Below, piece after piece: positions 1-8,790 of a DNA stretch of 24,943 bases. The DNA lies in IMG/VR virus record IMGVR_UViG_2534681742_000001, positions 1 to 24,943 of that record. One strand, written 5' to 3'. Position 1 is the first letter of the stretch. Every line of letters starts with the position of its first letter. A program made the position numbers and the translations under genes. The stretch is from a virus. Its lineage: Duplodnaviria; Heunggongvirae; Uroviricota; Caudoviricetes. The notes below the pieces were generated by a model. It did not search any database. It saw nothing but the letters and a program-made list of their open reading frames with translations, and was not told the origin of the DNA.

Positions 1-487
1 GCCGGTCGACGCCGTTCACCTTCTCAATCATGTTGATGGTGTCGATTTCGACCAGCTCCTTACCGTCCATCGTCAGCCGGAAATAGGTGCAGACCACGGA
101 GATTTTCGACTCGGTGTCTTCTCCCTGTTTACCCTCACCGGTGTCGATTTCTTTCTGACGGCCACGCATGACCACTTCGACGGCCACCGTTTCGCCGGTA
201 TCGTCGCGCTGGTAAGAGCCTGCAAAACGAATCGGCACGGCATCCACGCCGGTTGCGGCGTAAAGCTCCCAGATAACCGAATCCGGGAAGCCCCCGAGCG
301 ACCACTCCATTGACAGCGCATCGTCATCAAGGCCGAGGTCTACCGGTGCGCTGCCGTTCATCCCCGCACCGCGATAGTTTTCGAGCTTACGGGTCAGTTT
401 TGGCAGCGTGACGGACTTTGCAACGCCCTGATAGCTGTAGCCGTTCAGAAAGACGTTCATTAACTTGAGTTTGCGCGGCATTGCCAT
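1..487 (-). CDS. FII: Major tail tube protein, partial (C-terminus runs off the window start)
   Basis: Reverse translation from ATG at 487-485 gives MAMPRKLKLMNVFLNGYSYQGVAKSVTLPKLTRKLENYRGAGMNGSAPVDLGLDDDALSMEWSLGG..., recognised as P2 FII. Not in the ORF track because the stop is outside the window. Confidence 0.85.
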   Translation of the reverse strand, partial: MAMPRKLKLMNVFLNGYSYQGVAKSVTLPKLTRKLENYRGAGMNGSAPVDLGLDDDALSMEWSLGGFPDSVIWELYAATGVDAVPIRFAGSYQRDDTGETVAVEVVMRGRQKEIDTGEGKQGEDTESKISVVCTYFRLTMDGKELVEIDTINMIEKVNGVDR

Positions 488-499
488 CGGTCAGGCTCC

Positions 500-1690
500 T
501 TAATTGCTGTTAACCGAGGTGACCAGATTTGCCAGGTATTTATCGGTAATACGCTGGCGCAGGGTCAGGTTTTCAAGAGGAGGCACCGGTGTATAGTCGT
601 AGTCGATATACAGTTTTCCGGCCTTGAGGGTTTCCGCATCGTTGGATTCTTCGCTGAACCAGCAGGTCGCATCCACGATATAGCCGTTTGTTTTCAGCTC
701 ACGGAATTTGGCATTGATGCCGTCAACGATGTCGCGAATCAGCGTTGCGGTGATGGGCTTGTCCACCGCCCACATGTGCGCCTCAGCCATCGTGTCGGCC
801 AGCACCTGCGCGGTGCGGGTGTAGTTTTCAAAAAGGAACAGCGGGTCATCAGAGCAGGTACGGTTACCCCAGAAGCGGAAACCGTCACGGCGAATCAGCG
901 TAGTGACGCCTGACTCGTTAAGCAGGTCAGCATCGGTGCCGGACTCCTGCAAATCCCAGAATACAGAGGCGCTGATGCCGGTAACACCGTTCACCCCGAC
1001 ATTGGACAGCGTTTTATGCCAGCCCTGCTCCTGGTCAATTCTGGCACGCAGACCCAGCGCACGGGCGGTGGCATACGCGGTGGCGGTAGTACTGGTGACC
1101 GTATCCCATGCGAGGAAATCCGGCCAGATGACCATCAGCTCACGCTGGCTGAAATTCTGACGGTAGGCTTTCACCTCGGAAATGGTTTTACAGTCCCATG
1201 CGCTGATATACCCGAAAGCGCGCAGCTTCTGACAGACGGATGCCAGTGCAACAGCCACCTCTTTGGTGTCCAGTCCCGGCACACCGAGAATACGCGGTTT
1301 AACACCGGTTACCGACTCCGCCGCCAGCAGGGCTTTCAGTCCGGTGTACTGACCATTTTCGTCGGTGGTGCCGATGATATTGGAAACGGTCTGCGCGAGT
1401 TTCGTTTCCTCGTCGTCGCCGGTGCCGTCTTCCACACGCACGACAACGGTGACCGGTTTTGACTGGTCAGCGATGGCCTGCAACGATGCCGCCAGCGTGC
1501 CTTTTTTACCGGCCTTTGCAATCGCGCTCTGCACATTGGTGATCAGCACCGGTTTATTGACGGGGAAGGTTTCCGCATCCGCATCGCTGGCCGTGCAGAC
1601 CATGCCAACAATGGCGGTGGATACGGTGGAAATGACGCGGGTGCCGTCGTTAATCTCCAGCACCTGCACGCCGTGATGATAGTCACTCAT
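500..1690 (-). CDS. FI: Contractile tail sheath protein
   Basis: 396-aa track ORF MSDYHHGVQVLEINDGTRVISTVSTAIVGMV..., recognised as P2 FI; sits immediately upstream of FII as in P2. Confidence 0.9.
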   Translation of the reverse strand: MSDYHHGVQVLEINDGTRVISTVSTAIVGMVCTASDADAETFPVNKPVLITNVQSAIAKAGKKGTLAASLQAIADQSKPVTVVVRVEDGTGDDEETKLAQTVSNIIGTTDENGQYTGLKALLAAESVTGVKPRILGVPGLDTKEVAVALASVCQKLRAFGYISAWDCKTISEVKAYRQNFSQRELMVIWPDFLAWDTVTSTTATAYATARALGLRARIDQEQGWHKTLSNVGVNGVTGISASVFWDLQESGTDADLLNESGVTTLIRRDGFRFWGNRTCSDDPLFLFENYTRTAQVLADTMAEAHMWAVDKPITATLIRDIVDGINAKFRELKTNGYIVDATCWFSEESNDAETLKAGKLYIDYDYTPVPPLENLTLRQRITDKYLANLVTSVNSN

Positions 1691-1749
1691 CCGTTTAACT
1701 CCGTGGTTAATGGGTGAGTGTTATTTTCAGTTGTGCCGGAGATGTCAGG

Positions 1750-2343
1750 CTATTTGTCCCGGTTGGCTAAGGGATGACACAATTTATTCTTTGCCGCTGA
1801 TGAGGGGAATTTTTTATAGAGCGTGGACAGGCCAATATCAAAAATCAGCGCCACGCGTTGACGTGATTCACCCGCAGCCAGCAACCGTCCTGCCTGTTCC
1901 CACTCACTCGCGGTGAGCTTCGGACGTCTGCCACCAATACGCCCTTTGGCTCTGGCCGCTTCCAGTCCGGCGCGTGTCCGCTCGACAATGAGTTCTCGCT
2001 CCATTTCAGCCAGGGCACCCATCACATGAAAGAAAAAACGCCCCATCGGCGTGCTGGTATCAATAGCATCTGTCAGGCTGCGAAAATTAACACCGCGTTC
2101 GCGCAGTTCCTCAACCAGAATGACCAGATGCCGCATACTACGCCCCAGCCTGTCCAGCTTCCAGACTACCAGAGTGTCACCTGCTGATAATGTTCTGAGC
2201 AGTTTTTTCAGTCCCGGTCGATCGGACTTAGTGCCGCTGATTTTATCCTCAAAAATCAGCTCACATCCTGCACACTCCAGCGCATTACGCTGCAATTCCG
2301 TGTTCTGGTCATTTGTTGATACGCGGACATAGCCAATAAGCAT
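1750..2343 (-). CDS. Serine recombinase, Hin/Gin/Cin/Pin-family DNA invertase
   Basis: Internal start MLIGYVRVSTNDQNTELQRNALE... (ATG at 2343-2341) with catalytic Ser in the VRVSTNDQ motif, the FFFHVMGALAEMERELIVERT core and a C-terminal HTH (STLYKKF). The 236-aa track ORF carries an N-terminal extension that is probably not translated. Confidence 0.85.
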   Translation of the reverse strand: MLIGYVRVSTNDQNTELQRNALECAGCELIFEDKISGTKSDRPGLKKLLRTLSAGDTLVVWKLDRLGRSMRHLVILVEELRERGVNFRSLTDAIDTSTPMGRFFFHVMGALAEMERELIVERTRAGLEAARAKGRIGGRRPKLTASEWEQAGRLLAAGESRQRVALIFDIGLSTLYKKFPSSAAKNKLCHPLANRDK

Positions 2344-2442
2344 GATGGATCCCCTGAATAAAAACCGGAGATGATGCCAGTTAGCCGTTATCTCTGCATT
2401 TTCATAAACGTTGGTTTGGGAGAAGCGGCGAAAAGGGATGTG

Positions 2443-2787
2443 GGTAACGGGCAAAACCAAATTCCTGATATGTCAGCGTGGGAGTGTGGGGGAGATACAA
2501 CGACGGGATGGAGGCGAAGCCCGGATGGTTATATTGAACAATGGGGGCTAACTGGGGGCACAACAAATGAAGTTTTGATTAATTTTCCTATCCCATTTCC
2601 GACAGCCGTCATTTCTATTAATGAACATGACCAGGCTCCTGTGGCAGGGAAAATGTCAGTATGGCAATTCTATAAATTGACTAATTCAAATGTCATAGCA
2701 GAGAACCTGGGATCTCTTGATAAAGGAAATCCATCCTTCAATGTTCCAACTCTCGCTGGTTGCCGCTGGTTTGCTACAGGAAGATAA
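2443..2787 (+). CDS. Silent alternative tail-fibre C-terminal cassette (no start of its own; would fuse to the H constant region after inversion)
   Basis: Open frame ending TAA at 2785-2787, opposite strand to H, immediately followed by its own tail-fibre assembly gene. This is the arrangement of Mu Sv' and the P1 C segment. Confidence 0.5.
   Translation, partial: GNGQNQIPDMSAWECGGDTTTGWRRSPDGYIEQWGLTGGTTNEVLINFPIPFPTAVISINEHDQAPVAGKMSVWQFYKLTNSNVIAENLGSLDKGNPSFNVPTLAGCRWFATGR
2446..2472. repeat. Candidate invertase crossover site (left copy of an imperfect inverted repeat)
   Basis: AACGGGCAAAACCAAATTCCTGATAT; its reverse complement resembles 4080-4106 (shared AAATT-CCTGAT core). In frame it encodes N-Q-I-P-D, matching N-K-L-P-D at the equivalent point in H. 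Confidence 0.4.
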
Positions 2788-2788
2788 A

Positions 2789-3229
2789 ATGAGTAAATAT
2801 CTTTACGATGCTAAAACTAATATGTTTTACCCATTTACTCTGGAAAGTCAGTATAAGGAGTCTGGGTTATGGCCTCATAATGGAGTTGAAGTTGATGAGG
2901 ATATATTTATTAAGTACCTGTCCCCACCTCCAGGGAAAGTGAGAGTTGCGGGTGATGATGGCTATCCTGCATGGGATGACGTACCGCCGCTAACTCATGA
3001 AGAACAACTGTCAGAAGCGGAACGAAAAAAACAGGCACTCATAAATCGAGTTAATGAATATATTAACAGTAAGCAGTGGCCAGGAAAGGCGGCTATTGGT
3101 CGTCTGAAAGGTGAGGAACTGGCGCAATATAATTTATGGCTGGATTATCTGGACGCACTGGAACTGGTTGATATTTCCAGTGCTCCAGATATTGAATGGC
3201 CTACGCCTCCGGCTGTTCAGGCCAGATGA
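2789..3229 (+). CDS. Tail fibre assembly chaperone (alternative copy, partner of the silent cassette)
   Basis: ATG at 2789 preceded by AGGAAG; MSKYLYDAKTNMFYPF...; C-terminus LWLDYLDALELVDISSAPDIEWPTPP parallels the other chaperone's VLDYIDAVTATDTSTAPDVIWPEQP. Confidence 0.7.
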   Translation: MSKYLYDAKTNMFYPFTLESQYKESGLWPHNGVEVDEDIFIKYLSPPPGKVRVAGDDGYPAWDDVPPLTHEEQLSEAERKKQALINRVNEYINSKQWPGKAAIGRLKGEELAQYNLWLDYLDALELVDISSAPDIEWPTPPAVQAR

Positions 3230-3803
3230 CATCCGGCGCGGTGCTGGTATCTGTTGCCGTCACCGCGTCAATGTAATCCAGCACAGCGTTAAGGCGGGTT
3301 GTTTCTGCCTGCGTCAGTTTACGTCCGGCCTGCAATTTCAGCTGAATCAGACTGATGGAGGCCATTGCAGTATCAATCAGCGACTGGCGCTGTGCTTCTG
3401 CCGCTTCTACTGCGGCGCTATGCTGTGCCTTAGTATCCGTCACCCATTTCTCACCATCCCATTTATCGTATGGCGTTAACGGGGCGATATTGGTTGTATT
3501 ATCAGGGTAATCACCCGGAGAGGTGATTTCTTTTGATTCACCTGTTTCGGTGCTAAAGACGATTTCACCGCGATGGTCTGGCACATATTCCCATGAGTTA
3601 AAATCTGCAGATCGGCAGATTGCATAACCATCTTTGTATGCGCCTGGAGCATCTAAACAGGAACATGCCGGAATGCCGACACCAACGGCAAGATATTCAT
3701 TTGAAGTGGAAATATATTCCCGTGTTTCGCCATCATAGTTATAGACGGTAATATTCCCCGCCTTTGTAGCAATAAACTCGCTATTTAATACAGCGTTATC
3801 CAT
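3201..3803 (-). CDS. G: Tail fibre assembly chaperone (expressed copy, P2 G / Mu U-like)
   Basis: 200-aa ORF directly downstream of H, with start ATG overlapping the H stop (TAATG); Tfa-like C-terminal motif. Confidence 0.8.
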   Translation of the reverse strand: MDNAVLNSEFIATKAGNITVYNYDGETREYISTSNEYLAVGVGIPACSCLDAPGAYKDGYAICRSADFNSWEYVPDHRGEIVFSTETGESKEITSPGDYPDNTTNIAPLTPYDKWDGEKWVTDTKAQHSAAVEAAEAQRQSLIDTAMASISLIQLKLQAGRKLTQAETTRLNAVLDYIDAVTATDTSTAPDVIWPEQPEA

Positions 3804-5065
3804 TATGCAGCCCTCACGATATAGTTAAATGCGACGTTGCGCGGCCGGGTTTCAGAACCACCAACCGATACCGTAGAAATTGAATTTGCCGTAATAAGTT
3901 CCCCGAAAGCATCAGCCGTAACTACTAACCGACCTCCCGTTGGATCAAAACTTTTTAGCGCATAGTACTGGTCAAACCAGTGCCCATGAGAAGCAAATAA
4001 ATGGCCTTGAGATGTCAACAAACCACGAGAGGAATCCACCCCGCGCCCATCATCCCATCCACGAATAAATTCACCGCGTAAATCAGGCAATTTATTTGTC
4101 GGGTAAGCCTTTGCCAGTTCCGGGTATTCTTCAGCAGAAAAAGCCGCACCATTGCATTTCAACCAGCCTGTTGGCGGAGTGGCTGAAGGCCACGGAACAG
4201 GCACCCCAACAGGTAATGCTGAGCCTTCTCCCAAACCAAGGTATGCGAGAAGACCAGCAACATCCTTTCCGCTCAAATGAGTCAGCGTCTCATCCAGTGG
4301 CTGCTTACCTGACAGCGCATTGTTAATGGTGGTGCTGAATTTCGGGTCATTGTTAATGGCCGCGGCAATTTCTTTCAGTGTGTCCAGTGTGGCTGGCGCA
4401 CCGTTAATCAGAGCGGTAATAGCGGCCTGAACAAACTCAGTGGTCGCAATCCGCGTGGTGTTATTTCCTGCGGCAGGCGTCGGCGCTTTTGGTTCTCCGG
4501 TAAATGTCGGATTATGTTTCTGCGCATACTGGGTATGAGGATCCTGTGCGGCAATGTGGTTTCTCATCTGGTCATCCACATACAGCTTTAATTCCAGGAC
4601 TTCATCATCCACGTATTTACGGGTTGCCAGTACCACCGACGGGTCGATTTTCAGCGTGATAGCTTCGGTATTCGTGACAACCAGAATCATGCGGATAGTC
4701 TGGGTACGACCACTGCCTTCCTGCAACTGCGGTTTGTACGTTTCCGGGCAGTTCGCCACCGCAATGAGTACGCCTTCATCATCATAAAGCCCAATCTCAC
4801 GGATCCAGAATCCGCCCTCGTTCTCAGGGATGATTTGCTCCGCAATAATCTGGCTCTGGTTGTTCGGGTCAACACTCAGAAGATTCAGCGACGCGATGCG
4901 TTTCTGGTTAATCAGTTTTGTCTGTGCCGGGTCTGGTGTCGGCAAGACACCATTCGCATCACCAACGGCCATTTGCGTCAGATTCAGCTTACTGCCGAGC
5001 ATCGTCGCGTTAGCCAGCCGTGCCGCGCCCTGATTAGTCAGAATGGCGTAGTATTTCACTGTCAT
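3803..5065 (-). CDS. H: Tail fibre protein (constant N-terminal region plus the currently expressed variable C-terminus)
   Basis: 420-aa ORF with N-terminal region ...EIGLYDDEGVLIAVANCPETYKPQLQEGSGRTQTIRMILVV... typical of P2 H-like fibres; followed by tfa. Confidence 0.85.
   Translation of the reverse strand: MTVKYYAILTNQGAARLANATMLGSKLNLTQMAVGDANGVLPTPDPAQTKLINQKRIASLNLLSVDPNNQSQIIAEQIIPENEGGFWIREIGLYDDEGVLIAVANCPETYKPQLQEGSGRTQTIRMILVVTNTEAITLKIDPSVVLATRKYVDDEVLELKLYVDDQMRNHIAAQDPHTQYAQKHNPTFTGEPKAPTPAAGNNTTRIATTEFVQAAITALINGAPATLDTLKEIAAAINNDPKFSTTINNALSGKQPLDETLTHLSGKDVAGLLAYLGLGEGSALPVGVPVPWPSATPPTGWLKCNGAAFSAEEYPELAKAYPTNKLPDLRGEFIRGWDDGRGVDSSRGLLTSQGHLFASHGHWFDQYYALKSFDPTGGRLVVTADAFGELITANSISTVSVGGSETRPRNVAFNYIVRAA
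4080..4106. repeat. Candidate invertase crossover site (right copy, inside the H coding sequence)
   Basis: Reverse complement TTACCCGACAAATAAATTGCCTGATT resembles 2446-2472. It lies at the H codons ...AYPTNKLPDLRGEF..., i.e. at the predicted constant/variable boundary. Confidence 0.4.
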
Positions 5066-5673
5066 GCGTTTACTCTCAGGTTATCAATTAAATGAATGGC
5101 CGAGGCCGGGAAATAATCCCCTCCGACAATAATGGCCTCCGGGGTGTAGGGATAAACCGTCAGGGCGTCACCGTGATAGCATCCCGCACCGGCAAAAATG
5201 TTGCCGGTTGTACTTAAACTGATAGCCAGTCCCGTCAGATGGCGGCTTGCCGGTTTTGCATCAGCAACGAGGCGCTCCAGCTCCTGATACATTTCCTCGG
5301 TAATACCCTGCTCAAGCACGCCAACAACGATGCGGAACGTCCCCGGCTCCTCGTTGAGCTGCCACCACTCCCTCACCTCAATCAGATAGCCGAGCGGCTC
5401 CACCACACGACGGATTGCGCCTATAGTGCCCTTATGGCAGTGAATGAAATAGGCATCGCGGATAACAGCGCGTTTTGTCGCTTCCGGCCACTTATCATCC
5501 CAGCGGTCAACCGAAAATGACCACGCCAGCCACGGCAGCAGATTTGCCGGACAGGTATCCGGGTTCCACAGCTCACGAATACTGACCGGCGTTTTTTCAA
5601 TTTCCGCACAGGCTCTTGCGGCGGCGACTTCAAGCGGTGATGAGCCGGTCGGCAGCAGGCGCGAATCACTCAT
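5062..5673 (-). CDS. I: Baseplate assembly protein I
   Basis: 203-aa ORF MSDSRLLPTGSSPLEVAAARACAEIEKTPVSIRELW..., recognised as P2 gpI; syntenic. Confidence 0.85.
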   Translation of the reverse strand: MSDSRLLPTGSSPLEVAAARACAEIEKTPVSIRELWNPDTCPANLLPWLAWSFSVDRWDDKWPEATKRAVIRDAYFIHCHKGTIGAIRRVVEPLGYLIEVREWWQLNEEPGTFRIVVGVLEQGITEEMYQELERLVADAKPASRHLTGLAISLSTTGNIFAGAGCYHGDALTVYPYTPEAIIVGGDYFPASAIHLIDNLRVNA

Positions 5674-6574
5674 CCGAGCCTCCGGTCACGACGCTGTATT
5701 CGGTGCAGAAAGACGCCTGCGTACTGTTGAGCACGATGTCGGCCAGTGGTGCAGTCAGCTCGACACGCTGCACGCCTTCCACATGCAAAGCGGCATAAAT
5801 GGCAGACAGACGGATGTCGCGCCCCAGCCGGTGCTGTGCCGTGATGTACGCTTCCAGTTTTTTCACGGCGGCAGCGCGTATAGGTTCGCTTTCGGGACCA
5901 GGGTAAAGGTAAAGCGTGGCGTTTATCTGGTATTCAACGATGGCGGCAGACTGCACGGTCACGCGGTCGGCCACCGGCCTGACGTCCTCGCCATTAAGGG
6001 CGTTACGCACCACGGCCAGCAGGTCTTCGGATGCAACACCGTTATTTTCACGTGACAGCACAGAGATGGTGACGCAGGCCGGAGACGGACTGGTTACAGA
6101 AATATCCGCGACACGCCCGTCGGCACTGCGACCATGATACTGATAAGCACCCACCGACCCGGCGACGCTTAAGCCCTCAAACGCCTGCTGAATACGCAGA
6201 CGATAATCGGTGTCAGACTCCATCACTGCCGGTGTCGGCGGGATAGTCGAATCATCTGCCGGGGTGATAATCAGGCGCGTGGTGTTGTAATTGGCACCAA
6301 TCACATCAAGGTCATTACCCGCGGCACAGGCCAGCATCACCGCCCGTGCGGCCTCATTCACACGCTGACGCCAGATAAGCTCACGATAAGCATTTTCCTC
6401 CAGCAATTTGACGAGAGGCTCGGATTCCAGCGTCAGGGTACGGGCGACCGCCTCCTGCTGGTCTTCCGGGTAAAGGGAAATCAGTGTCGCCTTGCGTTCG
6501 GCGAGAATGGTTTCAAAGTCCAGCTCCTCGACCACATCCGGTGCGGGTAGCTGGTTCAGGTCGATAATCGGCAT
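5666..6574 (-). CDS. J: Baseplate protein J
   Basis: 302-aa ORF MPIIDLNQLPAPDVVEELDFETILAERKATLISLYPE..., P2 gpJ-like; syntenic. Confidence 0.9.
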   Translation of the reverse strand: MPIIDLNQLPAPDVVEELDFETILAERKATLISLYPEDQQEAVARTLTLESEPLVKLLEENAYRELIWRQRVNEAARAVMLACAAGNDLDVIGANYNTTRLIITPADDSTIPPTPAVMESDTDYRLRIQQAFEGLSVAGSVGAYQYHGRSADGRVADISVTSPSPACVTISVLSRENNGVASEDLLAVVRNALNGEDVRPVADRVTVQSAAIVEYQINATLYLYPGPESEPIRAAAVKKLEAYITAQHRLGRDIRLSAIYAALHVEGVQRVELTAPLADIVLNSTQASFCTEYSVVTGGSDE

Positions 6575-6578
6575 GGTT

Positions 6579-6926
6579 TCAACTCACAGGGATGGTTAAC
6601 GAAAGTGGCTGGCCGGTGTCGTTGTGCTGGCCGGTTAGCGTAACTGTCATTCGCCCGTCAAAGCTGCGCGCCGTGGTGACGGATGACAGGGTGACGCGGG
6701 GTTCCCATTTCAGCACTGCCATGTAACAGGCGACTTTAATCTGCAACTCAAGCGCCGGGGTCTGCGGCTGGTCAATCATTGACGCCAGCAACGAGCCGTA
6801 ATCACGACGCATCACCCGTGAGCCGACCGGTGTGCGCAGGATATCGCCGATACTCTGGCTGATATGCTCAAGGTCAGTGACAGTCAGGCCATCACTGCGA
6901 TTCATTCCGAGATAACGCGCTGTCAT
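6579..6926 (-). CDS. W: Baseplate wedge protein W (GPW/gp25 family)
   Basis: 115-aa ORF, P2 gpW-like, between V and J. Confidence 0.85.
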   Translation of the reverse strand: MTARYLGMNRSDGLTVTDLEHISQSIGDILRTPVGSRVMRRDYGSLLASMIDQPQTPALELQIKVACYMAVLKWEPRVTLSSVTTARSFDGRMTVTLTGQHNDTGQPLSLTIPVS

Positions 6927-7558
6927 AGAGGTCCCCCTGTTGTGCCGCCACTGTCGCCGGGGTGTTTATGGGTATGCAGTACCTTACCGTTTGATGAGAG
7001 TTCACCGCCGGTGTGTTCAATGTTGCCGCGCATCGTCCCGCCCTTCTGCACTTCCAGCGTGCCGGTAATCAGCCTGTTGGTGCAGACCACCTCCGGTGTG
7101 TCCAGGGTGACGCGGGTTGACGCTTTCACCATGACCACCGGCACCGTGGCAGTAACAGAATCAGAAGCCGTCACGCTGGCCGTTTTAATTCCGCTTACCG
7201 TGAGTGCACTGGTTTCGGGTTCATATTCAATCACCGCCCCGTCAGGGAAACGGATATGCAGGGCATCCGCCGACACAGACGGCGAGGGGTTATCGCCGGA
7301 ATAAATCCCCGGCAGAACGAACGCCGTGTCGAGTTCACCACCCACGGCCAGAATCAGCACCTGTTCCCCCACGGAAGGTGCCCACCATGTGCGCGAACGT
7401 CCTGCGCGATGGGTCAGCCACTGAAGCCAGTCGGTGCACATGCCGCCGGTCTGCACGCGGCAGCGACCGGCGTTAAGGTCGGTTTCGACGATAATGCCGG
7501 TGCGGATCATGTTGCGCAGTGCGCGCGCGAGTTCCTGAATATTTGCGAGAGTGTTCAT
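6923..7558 (-). CDS. V: Baseplate central spike protein V
   Basis: 211-aa ORF MNTLANIQELARALRNMIRTGIIVETDLNAGRCRVQTGG..., P2 gpV-like. Confidence 0.85.
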   Translation of the reverse strand: MNTLANIQELARALRNMIRTGIIVETDLNAGRCRVQTGGMCTDWLQWLTHRAGRSRTWWAPSVGEQVLILAVGGELDTAFVLPGIYSGDNPSPSVSADALHIRFPDGAVIEYEPETSALTVSGIKTASVTASDSVTATVPVVMVKASTRVTLDTPEVVCTNRLITGTLEVQKGGTMRGNIEHTGGELSSNGKVLHTHKHPGDSGGTTGGPL

Positions 7559-7624
7559 AACGGGAAGGATGCCGCCGGGTCATACCGGCGGCAATGTGAC
7601 GATGAGGTGTCAGGAATGGCACAA

Positions 7625-8077
7625 CTAACGGTCGAGGTGAGCAAGGATAATCTCTTCAATCATCTGCACATCCTCACCGGTAAAGCCGAGCAGAGGACGC
7701 GCCGGATAATCAATTTTCTTACCGTCTTTCCGGTTTTCTTCCGACAGACCGAACTGATGCACGCAGGCGATTTTCGGTGACTTCCCGCCGTAAAATTCCA
7801 TTGATGCCTGTTCCGGGCTGGCACGGATATGCAAAAAACGGCTGGTGATAAGTTTCGCAAACATTTTTCGCTTAACGCGACCGGTCTTTTTTCTGGCGCT
7901 CTGCTGCTGGCGTGGCGCATAGGGTGTGCCATCCGGGGCTTTCTGTGCCATCACCCGGCGCTGCTGACTCTGCCGCAGACGTTTCGCCAGTTCGGCGCTC
8001 AGTCGCCGACGCCCTGACGGTGACAGCGATTCAATAAGTCCGGTCAGCCGGTCTTCAAAACGCTTAAACTCATTCAT
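7625..8077 (-). CDS. S: Tail completion protein S
   Basis: 150-aa ORF, P2 gpS-like, syntenic after R. Confidence 0.8.
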   Translation of the reverse strand: MNEFKRFEDRLTGLIESLSPSGRRRLSAELAKRLRQSQQRRVMAQKAPDGTPYAPRQQQSARKKTGRVKRKMFAKLITSRFLHIRASPEQASMEFYGGKSPKIACVHQFGLSEENRKDGKKIDYPARPLLGFTGEDVQMIEEIILAHLDR

Positions 8078-8537
8078 CCCACTTGCTCACCAGTTCACCA
8101 TTGATATAAAGCTCCATCGGGCGGGTGACCGGCTCCGGCGGCGTGGGTTCCGGGATATTCTTCACATGCAGTGCGCCGTCCACCTCACTGACCAGCGTGC
8201 GCTCGGTCAGCATCAGGCTGATGCTGATATCAAAGCTGCTGTCATTGTTGATGTCTGCATAAAACGTGAAGCCCTTTTTCTGGCCTGCGTCGGTGGTCAT
8301 GATGTCGGGCTGATTTTCCCGCAGCCACGCCAGCACCGGCACAATGAGCAGGTCAAAATCACCGGTAAAGTCGGTCACAATCACATTGAGCGTGTAACGC
8401 TTTTCGAATGACAACGACGTCGCCAGTGTGGAGGCAATACTCCCGTTATCCACGAATATCCGCAGCATATCGGGGTTAGTTTTCAGCACCGTGACGGCAT
8501 CAGTCAGCGCCCTGCGCAGGCTGTCGGGTTTGAGCAT
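8070..8537 (-). CDS. R: Tail completion protein R
   Basis: 155-aa ORF, P2 gpR-like, syntenic after the lysis genes. Confidence 0.8.
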   Translation of the reverse strand: MLKPDSLRRALTDAVTVLKTNPDMLRIFVDNGSIASTLATSLSFEKRYTLNVIVTDFTGDFDLLIVPVLAWLRENQPDIMTTDAGQKKGFTFYADINNDSSFDISISLMLTERTLVSEVDGALHVKNIPEPTPPEPVTRPMELYINGELVSKWDE

Positions 8538-8790
8538 CGTTTTCGTCCTGACAGTGTTTAATCATTTTTACCTGGCTGGCACAGCGTGCCAGCGCGTTCT
8601 CAAGCTGCCGGATATCGGCACTTAAATCGCCGTTCGTCTGCGGGTCACTGCCCGGCATCGGGCAAAGGCTCACTTTCGGGCAGGCGTTGTGGACAATCAC
8701 TGGCGTCTGCGCAGGCCGGGCGCTGGTGCAACCGGCGCACAGCATCAGGCAGGTCAGCACCGTACCAGCGGCGAAAATCTTCGTTTTCAT
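8500..8790 (-). CDS. lysC: Rz1-like outer-membrane lipoprotein spanin (LysC), embedded out of frame in lysB and overlapping R
   Basis: ATG at 8790-8788 with GAGG upstream; MKTKIFAAGTVLTCLMLCAGCTS... has a lipobox (LCAGC); 96 aa, the same length as P2 LysC. The 135-aa track ORF has an unlikely N-terminal extension. Confidence 0.6.
   Translation of the reverse strand: MKTKIFAAGTVLTCLMLCAGCTSARPAQTPVIVHNACPKVSLCPMPGSDPQTNGDLSADIRQLENALARCASQVKMIKHCQDENDAQTRQPAQGAD

Larger units (their letters stand above)
2459..4093. other. Putative invertible tail-fibre segment (Mu G-segment-like): silent cassette, two convergent tfa genes, H variable end
   Basis: Inverted-repeat pair, adjacent serine invertase, and mirrored gene arrangement. 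Confidence 0.5.

Noticed and set aside
73-330. 85-aa minus-strand track ORF near the window start
   Set aside because: It lies in a different frame inside the tail tube FII gene; the true FII frame gives a long recognisable tail-tube sequence.
1016-1462. 148-aa plus-strand ORF (and 903-1160, 1365-1676) opposite FI
   Set aside because: Antisense to the well-supported tail sheath gene; glycine/arginine-rich low-complexity translation typical of spurious antisense frames.
2344-2442. N-terminal extensions of several track ORFs (invertase 236 aa, O 306 aa, P 600 aa, L 189 aa, X 90 aa, int 336 aa, lysC 135 aa)
   Set aside because: Internal ATG codons with ribosome-binding sites and/or coupling to the upstream stop give products matching expected P2 protein sizes; the longer frames are probably open by chance.
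7595-7612. TGT-N12-TCA element as an Ogr-activated late promoter for V
   Set aside because: Only a half-match to the TGT-N12-ACA consensus, and its spacing from the V start is not convincing.
7256-7780. 174-aa plus-strand ORF across the V/S region
   Set aside because: Antisense to gpV and gpS; no RBS and no recognisable protein features.
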